Below are positions 34,296 through 44,200 of a stretch of DNA of 64,000 bases, piece by piece. Source of the DNA: Verrucomicrobiales bacterium (GTDB lineage Bacteria; Verrucomicrobiota; Verrucomicrobiia; Limisphaerales; UBA9464); assembly GCA_027489875.1 (NCBI GenBank), contig JAIXZE010000292.1, forward strand, positions 402 to 64,401, in the 5' to 3' direction. Each line of letters starts with the position of its first letter. The first letter of the stretch is position 1. The translations under genes were made by a program, and so were the position numbers. Under the pieces are notes generated by a model that was not told the origin of the DNA, did not search any database, and was given only the letters and a program-made list of their open reading frames with translations.

Positions 34296-36053
34296 TCAGC
34301 GCTTGGTGGGGTACGAGGGCCACCACTTGCCCATTTCCTCGGGAGTCTCCGGGACCTTGAGGGGGCGGACGACACGGAAGCCGAGGAACTGGGCGTCCGT
34401 GAGGTACCACTTGGACTTGGGCAACTGCGGATCGCGCATCTTCCAGGCGGCTTCGGATGCCTTCCGGGCACCGGAGCGGAGGAACTCGGGTTCATCGTCC
34501 CAGCTGCCACCGCGGGCAACGTTCGGGTACTCGGTCTCGATGGCGACGTAGGCGCGCTCGCCGACCTTGGAGTAATCGTCCACGTAGCCGTCCATCACCC
34601 ATTCGGCGACGTTGCCGAGCATGTCGTGGAGACCCCACGCATTGGGTTTCTTGAGGCCCACCTTCCGGTACTTGCCGTCCGCATTGGCGAAGTGCCAGGC
34701 GTATTCGTCGATCTTGGATTCATCGTCGCCGAAGTAGTAGCGCGTGGTGGTGCCAGCGCGGGCGGCATACTCCCACTCGGCCTCGGTGGCGAGGCGGTAG
34801 AAGTGGCCGGTCTTGGCGGACAACCAACGGCAGTACCGGGTGGCGGCGTAATGGGTCATGGAGATGGCCGGGAATCCATCCTTGCCCATGCCGAAGCTCA
34901 TCTCGACGTAAGGGGTCGTCGGACGGCTGACGGCGTCGCCTTCCTTGCCGATGTAGGGGTTGGCTCCGTCCTTGCCGCCGCCGGGCAGCAGGTCGGGGAA
35001 GTTGAGGAGCAGTTCCCGGTCGACGCGTTCGGTGGGGACGTTGGTTCCCTTTTCGAGGCCGGGGAACATGAACAGTTCGTACTCGTTCCAGCGAACCTCG
35101 GTCTTGCCCATCCAGAAGGGCTCGATCTTGACCTTGCGTTGGGGACCTTCGTCGGCCTTGCGGCCCTTCTCGGTGGCGGGAGTTCCCATCAGGAATTCTC
35201 CGGCGGGAATGGGGAGCACCTCGAATTCGCCGTCCGTGCCGGGGATCTTCTCGACATAGGCCTTCATCTCGGCCGCGGCGGCCTTGCTGTTGGCGAGGAT
35301 CTTGGCGTGGATGGCGGCGAGCATCGCGGCATCGTCGCGGGTCATCATGCTGGCCGCTTCCTTCTGGCTCAGGACGAGACCGTCGGGCCACTGGGCACCC
35401 TGTTCGATCCAGTTCCGGACCAGGTCCGCCTTCTCGCGGGGCAGGGGGCCACCCTTCTTCGCGGGAGGCATCAGGTCGTCGTGGTCCGCAGGCAGGATCA
35501 TCGTGGTGAAGACCTTGGACTTCTCGGCATCGCCGATCACGATGGAGTCGCTCTTGAAGAACTCGGCTTTGACGTCGAGCCGGAGGTCGCCCTTGGCGTG
35601 GCCTTCCTTGTGACACGAGACGCAGTAGACCTCGAAGATCGGGGCCACCTGCTTGACGAAGTCGACCTTCTCCTTTTGCACGAGCTTGAATTCGTCGGGC
35701 CAGGCAGCGCCCTGTTCGATCCAGGCCTTCAGGGTGTCCTGCTGGGCCTTCGAGAGCTTCTCGCCCTTGGGCGGCATGACGTCGTCATGGTCCGGCGGGA
35801 GGGTCGTGGTGGTGTAGAGCGGGCTCTTGGCGGGATCCCCGGGGACGAGCGACGGGCCGTCCTCGCCGCCCTTGAGGGCGGCCGCCCGGGTGACGAGGCT
35901 GAGGTCACCCTTGGGTTTCTCAGCACCGTGACATTTGAGGCAGTAGGCCTCGAGGATGGGGCGGACCTGACGTTTGAAGTCCACCGGGTCGGCCGCCCGT
36001 GTCAGCGGGGCGGCCAGGATGATCCCGGCGGTGATGGCGGCAATGCGGTTCAT
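34296..36053 (-). CDS. Secreted fusion: two PSCyt1 (planctomycete cytochrome c) domains + formylglycine-generating-enzyme (SUMF1) family domain
   Basis: ILEAYCLKCHG..KPKGDLSL and IFEVYCVSCHK..HAKGDLRL are two CxxCH sites. The C-terminal region EAEWEYAARAGTTTRYYFGDD, NAWGLHDMLGNVAEWV and RGGSW is FGE-sulfatase-like. ATG at 36053. Confidence 0.88.
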   Translation of the reverse strand: MNRIAAITAGIILAAPLTRAADPVDFKRQVRPILEAYCLKCHGAEKPKGDLSLVTRAAALKGGEDGPSLVPGDPAKSPLYTTTTLPPDHDDVMPPKGEKLSKAQQDTLKAWIEQGAAWPDEFKLVQKEKVDFVKQVAPIFEVYCVSCHKEGHAKGDLRLDVKAEFFKSDSIVIGDAEKSKVFTTMILPADHDDLMPPAKKGGPLPREKADLVRNWIEQGAQWPDGLVLSQKEAASMMTRDDAAMLAAIHAKILANSKAAAAEMKAYVEKIPGTDGEFEVLPIPAGEFLMGTPATEKGRKADEGPQRKVKIEPFWMGKTEVRWNEYELFMFPGLEKGTNVPTERVDRELLLNFPDLLPGGGKDGANPYIGKEGDAVSRPTTPYVEMSFGMGKDGFPAISMTHYAATRYCRWLSAKTGHFYRLATEAEWEYAARAGTTTRYYFGDDESKIDEYAWHFANADGKYRKVGLKKPNAWGLHDMLGNVAEWVMDGYVDDYSKVGERAYVAIETEYPNVARGGSWDDEPEFLRSGARKASEAAWKMRDPQLPKSKWYLTDAQFLGFRVVRPLKVPETPEEMGKWWPSYPTKR

Positions 36054-36189
36054 GAAACAGGTGCGCGGAGCATACACGGGGCGTTCTCCCGGCTGTCAAA
36101 CGCGGCGAACTTGGGACGTCAATGAATCGGATGGTGTTCAGTCCTGATTTGGGGTGGAACCAAAAGTGGGCTGGGCGGAGATTCAGGCC

Positions 36190-36849
36190 ATGAGCATGAC
36201 ACTGACGTACTACACGGAGGTGGTTTCCTCCTGGTGCTATTGGGCGGAACCGGCCTGGGCCGAGCTGAAGGAACGGTATCAGGGGCGGATCGATTTCGAC
36301 TGGCGGATCGCCTTGATGGATGTCACCGGCCTTCCGGTGACCAGGTCCCAGTGCGAATGGTTCTATCGGCGGAGCGGTACGATTGTGCGGTCCCCGGTTT
36401 CCCTGAATTCCGGATGGTTCGAGGAGGGGGTGACCGAGTATCTGGCACCCAATCTGGTGGCTGAAGCGGCCCGGGACCTGGGTGTTTCGGACGACCGTGC
36501 CCGGCTGGCGATCTCCCGCGCAGCCCTTCAGGACGGGCTGAAAGTGGGACGCGTCGAAGTCTCTGCGGCGGTGGTGGCGGCCGCAACGGGCCTTGATGCG
36601 GATCTGTTGATGGCCCATGCACGCACGGAACCCGTGCTGAAGCGCCTCCGGGAGACGACCTCCATGTTCCATGCGCTGGGGGTGAGCCAACGTCCAACCT
36701 TCGTGCTCGAGAGTTCGATCGGGGACCGGGCGGTCTTTTCCGGCGTGTGGAGGGCGGCACCGCTGGTGGCAGCCATCGAAGCCATGCTGGAAGATGAAGC
36801 CGCCTACGCCTCATGGTCGGCCCATTTTGGTGGGCCGCCTCCGGGTTGA
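36190..36849 (+). CDS. DsbA-family thioredoxin-fold protein (FrnE/HCCA-isomerase-like) with SxxC site
   Basis: LTYYTEVVSSWCYWAEPAW corresponds to the F.CPWCY site with the first Cys replaced by Ser. ATG at 36190. Confidence 0.7.
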   Translation: MSMTLTYYTEVVSSWCYWAEPAWAELKERYQGRIDFDWRIALMDVTGLPVTRSQCEWFYRRSGTIVRSPVSLNSGWFEEGVTEYLAPNLVAEAARDLGVSDDRARLAISRAALQDGLKVGRVEVSAAVVAAATGLDADLLMAHARTEPVLKRLRETTSMFHALGVSQRPTFVLESSIGDRAVFSGVWRAAPLVAAIEAMLEDEAAYASWSAHFGGPPPG

Positions 36850-36877
36850 TCGGGGGCTGAAACAGTCTCTGAGCACG

Positions 36878-36904
36878 AAAAAGGCGCCGCGGAGCGGCGC
36901 CTTT
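36878..36904. terminator. Bidirectional stem-loop terminator between convergent genes
   Basis: AAAAAGGCGCCG-CGGAG-CGGCGCCTTT. The T-run is on the minus-strand reading (…GGCGCCTTTTTCG). Confidence 0.65.
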
Positions 36905-36933
36905 GAAACTCTGTTCTCGTACGGGCGAAGGCC

Positions 36934-37095
36934 TCAGCGGCCTTCCGTGAGGGAAGCGGGGAGACCCGTTTCCCACGTCTTTGGGCCGTTCCACGGCCTG
37001 GCGGTATCCATATCGTCGTTGGTCTTGCAGCCGACGGAGGACAAGGCTCCGGCAGCGATCAACAACGCGAAGAAGTGACGAATTCGGAACTTCAT
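36934..37095 (-). CDS. Small lipoprotein (53 aa), too short for the ORF track
   Basis: Hand translation gives MKFRIRHFFALLIAAGALSSVGCKTNDDMDTARPWNGPKTWETGLPASLTEGR with lipobox LSSVGC. The ATG lies 6 nt after the stop of the upstream gene, and a terminator follows. Confidence 0.6.
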   Translation of the reverse strand: MKFRIRHFFALLIAAGALSSVGCKTNDDMDTARPWNGPKTWETGLPASLTEGR

Positions 37096-37101
37096 GCTGG
37101 A

Positions 37102-37857
37102 TCAATACAGGACTTCGTCGTCCTTCGCAATGGCCACATCGCCCTGCTTCCAGGTGGGAATCACGTTGGCAATGCAGGTGTTGGGTTGAACCTTCACGAT
37201 GGAGACCTTGCCGACCAGCTTGTCACCACGGCGGACGAGGAGTTCGCCGCGTTCGAGGGCACCCTTGTTGTCACCGAAATCGAGGAGGACAAAGTCCTGC
37301 TGGGGGCCGACTTCAAGGATGCGGCCCTTGAGACCGGCGGGAAGGATGACCTTGGAATCGGGAGCCTCGTACTTGGCCAAGCGGTTGGTCAGGGAGGTGA
37401 TGCGCTTGAGGAAGATGTTCTTTTCTTCAGCGAGGGCGTTGCGTGCTTCGACGGTGTCCTTGAGCTGGGCCCGGATCTCCAGGACCTGGCTGGGCTTGAT
37501 ATTGAGCACTTCCCACTGGGCGAGGGTGGCCTGAGCGTCGTTCTTCTCCTTGGTGGTCTTTGCGAGCTGCGCGTCAAGACCGTCGGCGCGCTTCTTGTTG
37601 TTGGCGGCGGCCGCGGCGGCTTCCTCGAGCTGGGTCTTGGTGGACTCCAGATCCTTGGAGCGGATCTCCAGCTCGGAGGCGGCCTTCTTGAGATCCGCGG
37701 TCGTGCTGGTGAGCTTGGTCGAGGTGTCCTCCAGGGTTGCCTTCGTGGTGGAGAGGTCCGTTCTCAGCTCCTCCACGACGGGCTTTGTGTGGAGGAACGT
37801 GAGGGCCAGGCTGCCGATGGCGGCGAGGAGGGCGATGATCAGTGCGATTCGCAGCAT
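37102..37857 (-). CDS. Membrane-anchored coiled-coil protein with C-terminal beta-rich domain, unknown function
   Basis: TM MLRIALIIALLAAIGSLALTFL, about 130 aa of heptad-rich sequence (LKKAASELEIRSKDLESTKTQLEE...), then LKGRILEVGPQQDFVLLDFG...GKVSIVKV. Confidence 0.7.
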   Translation of the reverse strand: MLRIALIIALLAAIGSLALTFLHTKPVVEELRTDLSTTKATLEDTSTKLTSTTADLKKAASELEIRSKDLESTKTQLEEAAAAAANNKKRADGLDAQLAKTTKEKNDAQATLAQWEVLNIKPSQVLEIRAQLKDTVEARNALAEEKNIFLKRITSLTNRLAKYEAPDSKVILPAGLKGRILEVGPQQDFVLLDFGDNKGALERGELLVRRGDKLVGKVSIVKVQPNTCIANVIPTWKQGDVAIAKDDEVLY

Positions 37858-38052
37858 GTTAGGAAAAATTCTTCCGGAGCCTACGGGAGCCGTAAACGGG
37901 GTGTCAACGGCGCACCCATGGACAATGCGGGAGGAAGGGCGTCACGGTCGAGGGCGCATTTTGAACTTCGGATGGCGGTTGGTCCGTAAATGGAGCACGC
38001 TGCGGCGTGGCCTGCGGGATGCTGCCACACAATCGTGAATCGAGTTTCAGCA

Positions 38053-38898
38053 ATGCCATCGGGGTCCCACGGACGCCACCCAGGGTCCATTCGACGGGCG
38101 CGTGGGTTCACGTTGATCGAGCTGCTGGTGGTGATCGCGATCATTGCGATCCTGGTGGCGATGCTGCTTCCGGCGCTCGTTGGGGCTCAGAAGTCGGCCC
38201 AACGGACCGCCTGCCTGAACAACCTGCGGCAGTTGAACATCGCCTGGAACCTGTATTCCGGAGACAACGCCGATGGTCTGGTCCTGAACGGTTATGGCTC
38301 TGCGGAGCAGTTGGGAGACAACCGGATGTGGGTCCTGGGGGGGACGCACCTGGATCTGGACACGTTCACGAACCGGCTGTTCCTGATCGGTGGCAAGTAC
38401 GCCGCGTTCACGCCGTACATCCAATCGGCCGCCACGTATCGCTGTCCGGGGGATCGGAGCCGGGTGGAGATCGGGGACAAGAAGTACCCGAAGAATCGGA
38501 GCTACTCGCTGAATGTGTTCATGAATGGGGCCGCCCCGGACATGCGGCTGCATTTTGGGCGGGGTACGTTCTTCAACAAGATGGCGGATGTGGGGGCTGC
38601 CGGGCCTTCGGACCTTCTGACCTTCGTCGACGTGGCCCCCGGAAACGTCTGCCATCCGGCCTTCGTCATCCACAAGGGGCCCTTCACGGGCCTGTTCTAC
38701 CACCTGCCGTCCTTCCAGCACGGCAACCGCGGGGCGGTGGCCTTTGCCGATGGACACGTGGACACCCGGTTGTGGGCAGATCCCCGGACCCGACAGGAAT
38801 CGACCGCCGAGTGGATCCCGGATCACTGGACGATCTACCATCCGGGCAGCCGTGACCTGAAATGGCTGCAGGACCGGGCCACGGTGGACCGCCAGTAG
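38053..38898 (+). CDS. Prepilin-type N-terminal cleavage/methylation-domain protein, DUF1559 / H-X9-DG family
   Basis: [26 protein letters not shown]...[11 protein letters not shown], and the C-terminal [13 protein letters not shown] (H-X9-DG). ATG at 38053. Confidence 0.88.
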   Translation: MPSGSHGRHPGSIRRARGFTLIELLVVIAIIAILVAMLLPALVGAQKSAQRTACLNNLRQLNIAWNLYSGDNADGLVLNGYGSAEQLGDNRMWVLGGTHLDLDTFTNRLFLIGGKYAAFTPYIQSAATYRCPGDRSRVEIGDKKYPKNRSYSLNVFMNGAAPDMRLHFGRGTFFNKMADVGAAGPSDLLTFVDVAPGNVCHPAFVIHKGPFTGLFYHLPSFQHGNRGAVAFADGHVDTRLWADPRTRQESTAEWIPDHWTIYHPGSRDLKWLQDRATVDRQ

Positions 38899-38976
38899 GG
38901 CCGCAGATTCGCTTGCCGCTGCGGTTGACTCGCCGGGACCGGAGTCCCTACTGTCCGCCGGTAATTTCCGGTCGGC

Positions 38977-39007
38977 ACCCCCGAGGATTGCGCTTCGGGG
39001 TTTTTTT
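38977..39007 (+). terminator. Rho-independent terminator
   Basis: CCCCGAGG-ATTGCG-CTTCGGGG followed by TTTTTTT. Confidence 0.8.
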
Positions 39008-39031
39008 GTGTCTCCGGTTACACTCGCTGCG

Positions 39032-40303
39032 ATGGCAAATGTGATTCTGGTCGGCGCCCAATGGGGCGACGAAGGCAAAGGCAAGATCATCGACGTTCTC
39101 ACCGAACAGTCGGAGATCGTCGTACGGTCTGCCGGTGGCAACAACGCCGGCCACACGGTGTATGTCGGCAAGGACAAGTATGTCCTGCACCTGATTCCGT
39201 CCGGCATCCTGCGGGCGGGGAAGGTGTGCGTGATCGGCAACGGCGTGGTGCTGGATCCGATCGGCCTGGTGAACGAACTCGACGGCCTGGCGAAGCTCGG
39301 CGTCCCCGTGAGCCCGGCGAACCTGCAGATTTCCGAGACCGCGCACGTGGTCTTCCCCTGGCATCGCGAGTTGGATGGCCAGCGCGAGGTTCGGAAGGGC
39401 TCGAAGAAGATCGGGACGACCAAGCGCGGCATCGGACCGACATACGGCGACAAGGCAGCGCGCGTTGGTTTGCGTGTGATTGACCTGATCCATCCGACCC
39501 GTTTTCCCGAGCGGTTGAAGGAGCGGTTGGAGGAAAACAACGAGGTCTTGAAGGCGCTGGGTGCGCAGCCGTTGTCCTACGAAACCCTTTTTGCGGAATA
39601 CTCGAAGGCGGCGGACCGGTTGCGGCCGTTCGTGACGAACACGGTGGTATACCTCCACGAGGCGACCCGCCGCGGTGCCAATATCCTGTTCGAGGGTGCG
39701 CAGGGTACCTTCCTCGACATCGACCACGGCACGTATCCTTACGTGACCTCCTCCAGCACGACGGCCGGCGGCGCCTGCACGGGTTCCGGCGTTCCTCCGA
39801 ACCGCATGGACAAGGTGGTCGGTGTGCTGAAGGCGTACACGACCCGCGTCGGTGAAGGTCCCTTGCCGACGGAGAATGCCCAGATCAGCGATCTTCTCCA
39901 TGGCATGGGGCGTGAGTTCGGGGCGACCACGGGTCGGGCCCGGCGTTGCGGATGGTTCGACGCGGTGGCCACGCGCCATGCGGCGATGGTGAACGGCATC
40001 GACGAACTCGCGATCACGAACGTCGACGGCCTGGATACCGTGAAGACCATCCGGGTCTGCACGGCGTACGAAGTCGATGGGAAGCGGCTGACGCACATCC
40101 CGAACGACTGCGAGATCCTCGCGCGTTGCCAGCCGGTGTACGAAGAATTCCCGGGCTGGGAAGTTCCCACGGACGGCATCCGGCGTTGGGAAGATCTTCC
40201 GGTGAACTGCCGGCATTATCTGTTGTCCATTGCGCAGATGACGGGCGCCCGGCTGACGATTACGTCGGTGGGGCCGGCGCGGGAACAGACGATGTTCCTG
40301 TGA
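39032..40303 (+). CDS. purA: Adenylosuccinate synthetase
   Basis: VILVGAQWGDEGKGKIIDVL, GGNNAGHT, GTTKRGIGPTY and GEGPLPTE. ATG at 39032. Confidence 0.96.
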   Translation: MANVILVGAQWGDEGKGKIIDVLTEQSEIVVRSAGGNNAGHTVYVGKDKYVLHLIPSGILRAGKVCVIGNGVVLDPIGLVNELDGLAKLGVPVSPANLQISETAHVVFPWHRELDGQREVRKGSKKIGTTKRGIGPTYGDKAARVGLRVIDLIHPTRFPERLKERLEENNEVLKALGAQPLSYETLFAEYSKAADRLRPFVTNTVVYLHEATRRGANILFEGAQGTFLDIDHGTYPYVTSSSTTAGGACTGSGVPPNRMDKVVGVLKAYTTRVGEGPLPTENAQISDLLHGMGREFGATTGRARRCGWFDAVATRHAAMVNGIDELAITNVDGLDTVKTIRVCTAYEVDGKRLTHIPNDCEILARCQPVYEEFPGWEVPTDGIRRWEDLPVNCRHYLLSIAQMTGARLTITSVGPAREQTMFL

Positions 40304-40337
40304 TCGGCGGGTGTCCCGGGCTGGATCCCGACAGACG

Positions 40338-41072
40338 ATGAGTGCTGAACCCCGATTGAGTCCGCAGGCGCAGGCGAACGTGCCCCAGCACGTCGCCGTG
40401 ATCATGGATGGGAACGGGCGCTGGGCGAAGCAGCGGGGGTTGCCGCGGGTCGAGGGTCATCGCAACGGTGTCGAGTCGGTCCGGGCGATCGTTCGTTCGG
40501 CCGGTGAGGTCGGGGTGAAGTACCTGACCCTCTATGCGTTCTCGGTGGAGAACTGGAACCGGCCCAAGGACGAGGTGGATACCTTGATGAAGTATCTCGC
40601 CCGGTTCCTGAAGAACGAGATCGGCGAGTTGAACCGCAACAACGTGAAGCTGGATGCGGTTGGCCAGATCTGGCGGTTGCCGGATGCCGTCCAGCAACAG
40701 TTGGAGAAGACCAAGGCGGCGCTCTCGAAGAACACCGGCCTCACGCTGGTGTTGGCCCTGAGCTACGGTGCCCGGACCGAGATCATCGAGGCGGTCCGTG
40801 AGCTTTCGGCGAAGGCCCGCAACGGAACCATCGATCCCGCCGAGATCAACGAACGCGTGTTTTCCGAACATCTGTACACCCGTCACTATCCGGATCCGGA
40901 CCTTTTGATCCGGACCAGCGGGGAAATGCGCGTGAGCAACTTCCTGCTCTGGCAGATCAGTTATGCCGAGTTCGTGGTGACGCCCGTCCTGTGGCCGGAC
41001 TTCCGGAAGGCGCAGTTGTACGAGGCGCTGGAGGAATACTCCCGGCGGCATCGGCGGTTCGGGGGACTTTGA
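40338..41072 (+). CDS. uppS: Isoprenyl transferase (undecaprenyl-diphosphate synthase)
   Basis: HVAVIMDGNGRWAKQRGLPRVEGHRNG, LYAFSVENWNRP, IRTSGEMRVSNFLLWQ and YAEF. ATG at 40338. Confidence 0.95.
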   Translation: MSAEPRLSPQAQANVPQHVAVIMDGNGRWAKQRGLPRVEGHRNGVESVRAIVRSAGEVGVKYLTLYAFSVENWNRPKDEVDTLMKYLARFLKNEIGELNRNNVKLDAVGQIWRLPDAVQQQLEKTKAALSKNTGLTLVLALSYGARTEIIEAVRELSAKARNGTIDPAEINERVFSEHLYTRHYPDPDLLIRTSGEMRVSNFLLWQISYAEFVVTPVLWPDFRKAQLYEALEEYSRRHRRFGGL

Positions 41073-41085
41073 TCCCACGGCGGTC

Positions 41086-41185
41086 GGCCGCATCTGGACA
41101 CTGCCCCCACATGGAACGGGGTGGCGACGTCCTCGTCGCCGTTCCAAACCCTTTCTCAGGGCGATGAGGACATCGCCGCCCCGAA
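41086..41185 (+). mobile_element. MITE-like interspersed repeat, copy 3 (one recognisable terminal repeat)
   Basis: GGCCGCATCTGGACACTGCCCCC, then GGCGACGTCCTCGTCGCC-N19-GGCGATGAGGACATCGCC. Confidence 0.7.
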
Positions 41186-41257
41186 ACTATTCCCAAATGG
41201 GGTGCGACCACCACGGGTGGCTTGCGAACCCTGCCTGAATTGGGTTCGGTTACGGGA

Positions 41258-44200
41258 ATGTTCCACCGTCACATCCTGTCTCTGGCCGTTGTCGGTTCCC
41301 TTTCCGCGGTGGCGGCCGAGACCTCAGCGTTCCCGGAGCCATACGATTCCGAGAAGGGCAAGAATCCGCCGATGACCGCGGCGGCCTCGGCGAAGTCGAT
41401 CCAGGTGCCGGACGGATTCCACGTGACGGTGGTGGCGTCGGAACCCGACGTCCGACAACCGGTGGCGATGGCCTTTGATCTGCGCGGGCGCTTGTGGGTG
41501 GCCGAGAACTACACGTATGCCGAGTCCGGGGTGAACTTCGCGACCAACCTGATGGACCGCGTGCTCATCCTCGAAGACGCCGACGGCGATGGGCGTGCCG
41601 AACGTCGGAAGGTGTTCTGGGATCAGGCGCAGATCCTGACCAGCATCGAGCCGGTTCCGGGCGGCATCTATGTGCTGTGTCCGCCACGTCTCCTGTTCAT
41701 CTCGGATGCGAATCGGGATGACGTTCCGGATGGTCCGCCGCAGGTGGTGCTGGATGGCTTCACCACGACGACCGGCAACCGGCACACCTTCGCCAACGGA
41801 TTGAAGTGGGGGCCGGACGGATGGCTGTGGGGCCGGATCGGGATCTCGAGCGGTGCGAAGATCGGTCTCCCGGGAGCACCGGAGTCCGACCGGGTGGAAA
41901 TGCGTGGCGGCATCTGGCGGTTCCATCCGAAGCGCGGCGTCGTGGAAGGGGTGAGCCACGGAACGACCAACCCGTGGGGACTCGACTGGAACGAGGTGGG
42001 CGAACCGTTCTTCATCAACACGGTCATCGGGCATCTGTGGCATGCGGTTTCCGGGGCGCATCTGGAGCGCATGCACGGCAACGATGTGTTGCCGCGCGCC
42101 TATGCGCTGATTCCTCAAATTGCGGATCACTTCCATTTTGACACGGGTGCCGGGTGGACCAAGTCGCGGCCCTCGGCAGAGGGTGTCGCGGCGAGCGGCA
42201 GCGATGGGTTGGGCGGTGGGCACGCGCACGCGGCGTTGATGATCTATCAGGGAACGAATTGGCCGGCGTCGTATCGCGGGGGCCTGTTCACATGGAACCT
42301 CCACGGTCGCCGTGCCAATCGGGAACGGTTGGAACGTCTGGGATCGGGCTACGTCGGGCGGCATGAGCCCGACCTGTTCCACACCGGCGATCCCTGGTTC
42401 CGGGGGATCGAGATGCTGCAAGGACCCGAAGGGGCGGTGTACCTCGCGGACTGGTCGGACACGGGCGAGTGCCACGAGCACGATGGCGTGCACCGGTCTT
42501 CCGGCCGCATCCATCGGATCCATTTCGGCACCCCGCCGCCGGTGATGATTCCGGATATCGAGGGCGCGTCGATGGAGCAACTCGAGCAATGGATCCTGGA
42601 TCCGAACGAGTGGACTTCGCGGGCGGCGTTGAAGGTTTTGGCGACGCGGTCCGAAGATCCGGAGCGTTGGGAATCGTCGACGCGGTTGCGGGCGACGTTC
42701 CAGCGGGAGAAATCGGGCCCGCGGGCGTTGCGGGTGCTGTGGGCCTTGAACGCGTTGGGAACCTGGACGCCGGATTGGATGCTGTCGCGGACGGGGGACG
42801 ACGACGAGCACGTGCGGAGTTGGGCGGTGCGGTTGCTGGCGGACCAGTTTGCGGTGAATCCGGACGCGGCAGCGGCGCGATCGACCCTGGCGGCCGACGT
42901 GCAGGAACGGGTGTTCCAACGCTGGGAACGGATGGCGGCCAAGGATGCCTCCGGATTGGTCCGGCTTTATCTGGCGTCCGCGTTGCAACGGATGCCTGCG
43001 GAACGGCGGGCGGCGGTCGCACGGGCGCTGGCCGCACGTTCCGAGGATGCGGGAGATCGGACGCTCGGGCTGATGCTCTGGTACGGGATCGAGCCCTTGG
43101 GGCGGGTGGCCGCCGGATCGTTGCGGAGCGTGGCGGAATCCAGTGCGCACCCGGTGGTCCGGCGCTTTGTGGCGCGTCGGTTGGCAGAGGATGTGTCCAC
43201 GGGTTCACCGGAGTTGGCGCGCTTGTTGGCGTGGGCGCGCGAGGCTTCCGAACAGGCGCGGGTCGATCTGCTGGCGGGGATGACCGATGCGTTGCGTGGG
43301 ACGCGCCGGGCTCCCGAACCCAAGGGTTGGGCGGCGCTGGGCGCGCTGATCCGTGCGGGATCGAATGAAGCGTTGAAGGCCATGGCGCGCGACCTGGACG
43401 TCGTGTTCGGGGATGGGCGCGCCGTGGGCGAGTTGCGGAAGTTGGTGGAGGACGGAAGCGCGGATGCCGGCGCGCGGCGTTCGGCACTGCGGGCGTTGCT
43501 GGATGCGAAGGTCCCGGATCTGGGGCCGTTGCTGCGGCGGTTGGCGGATGACGGTTCGCTGCGGGCGGCCGCCTTGGTTGGGTTGGTGGAGGTTTCGGAT
43601 CCGGAGGCGTTGGAGAAGGTGCTTTCGCGGTACCAATGGCTGGGGATCGAGGAAAGGCCATCGGTGATCGTGGCCATGATTGCCCGCGCCGAGACCTCCC
43701 GGGCGCTGCTGGAGGCGATGCTTGCCGGCCGGATCCAACGCACCGACCTGACGGCTTTTCATGCGGGTCAGATCGCGCGCCTCGGCGATGCGTCGCTGAC
43801 GGGTCTGCTGGAAAAGGTGTGGGGGACGGTGCGGACGACGCCGTCGGAGAAGCGTCAACGGATCGAAGCGCTGCGCCGGGATCTTGGACCGGCGGTGGTG
43901 GCAAAGGCGCAATTGGGACGCGGACGACAGCTCTTCGTGCAGGCATGCGCCGGGTGCCATCGGTTGTACGGCGAGGGCGGGGAGGTGGGTCCGGACCTGA
44001 CGGGATCGGGACGCGCGGATCTCGGTTACCTGCTGGAGAACATCGTGGATCCGGGAGCGGTGGTGGCGGCCGAGCAACGGTTGTCGGTGGTGACGTTGAA
44101 GGATGGCCGCGTGGTGTCGGGGTTGCTGCGCGACGCAAACGAACGGACGTTGACGGTGGTCAACCCGGGCGAACGGTTGACGGTGTCGCGTGCGGACGTG

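Noticed and set aside
36794-37078. 94-aa plus-strand ORF in the DsbA-like / coiled-coil intergenic region.
   Set aside because: It reads through a strong terminator hairpin and lies antisense to a better-supported 53-aa lipoprotein frame with a lipobox and tight operon spacing.
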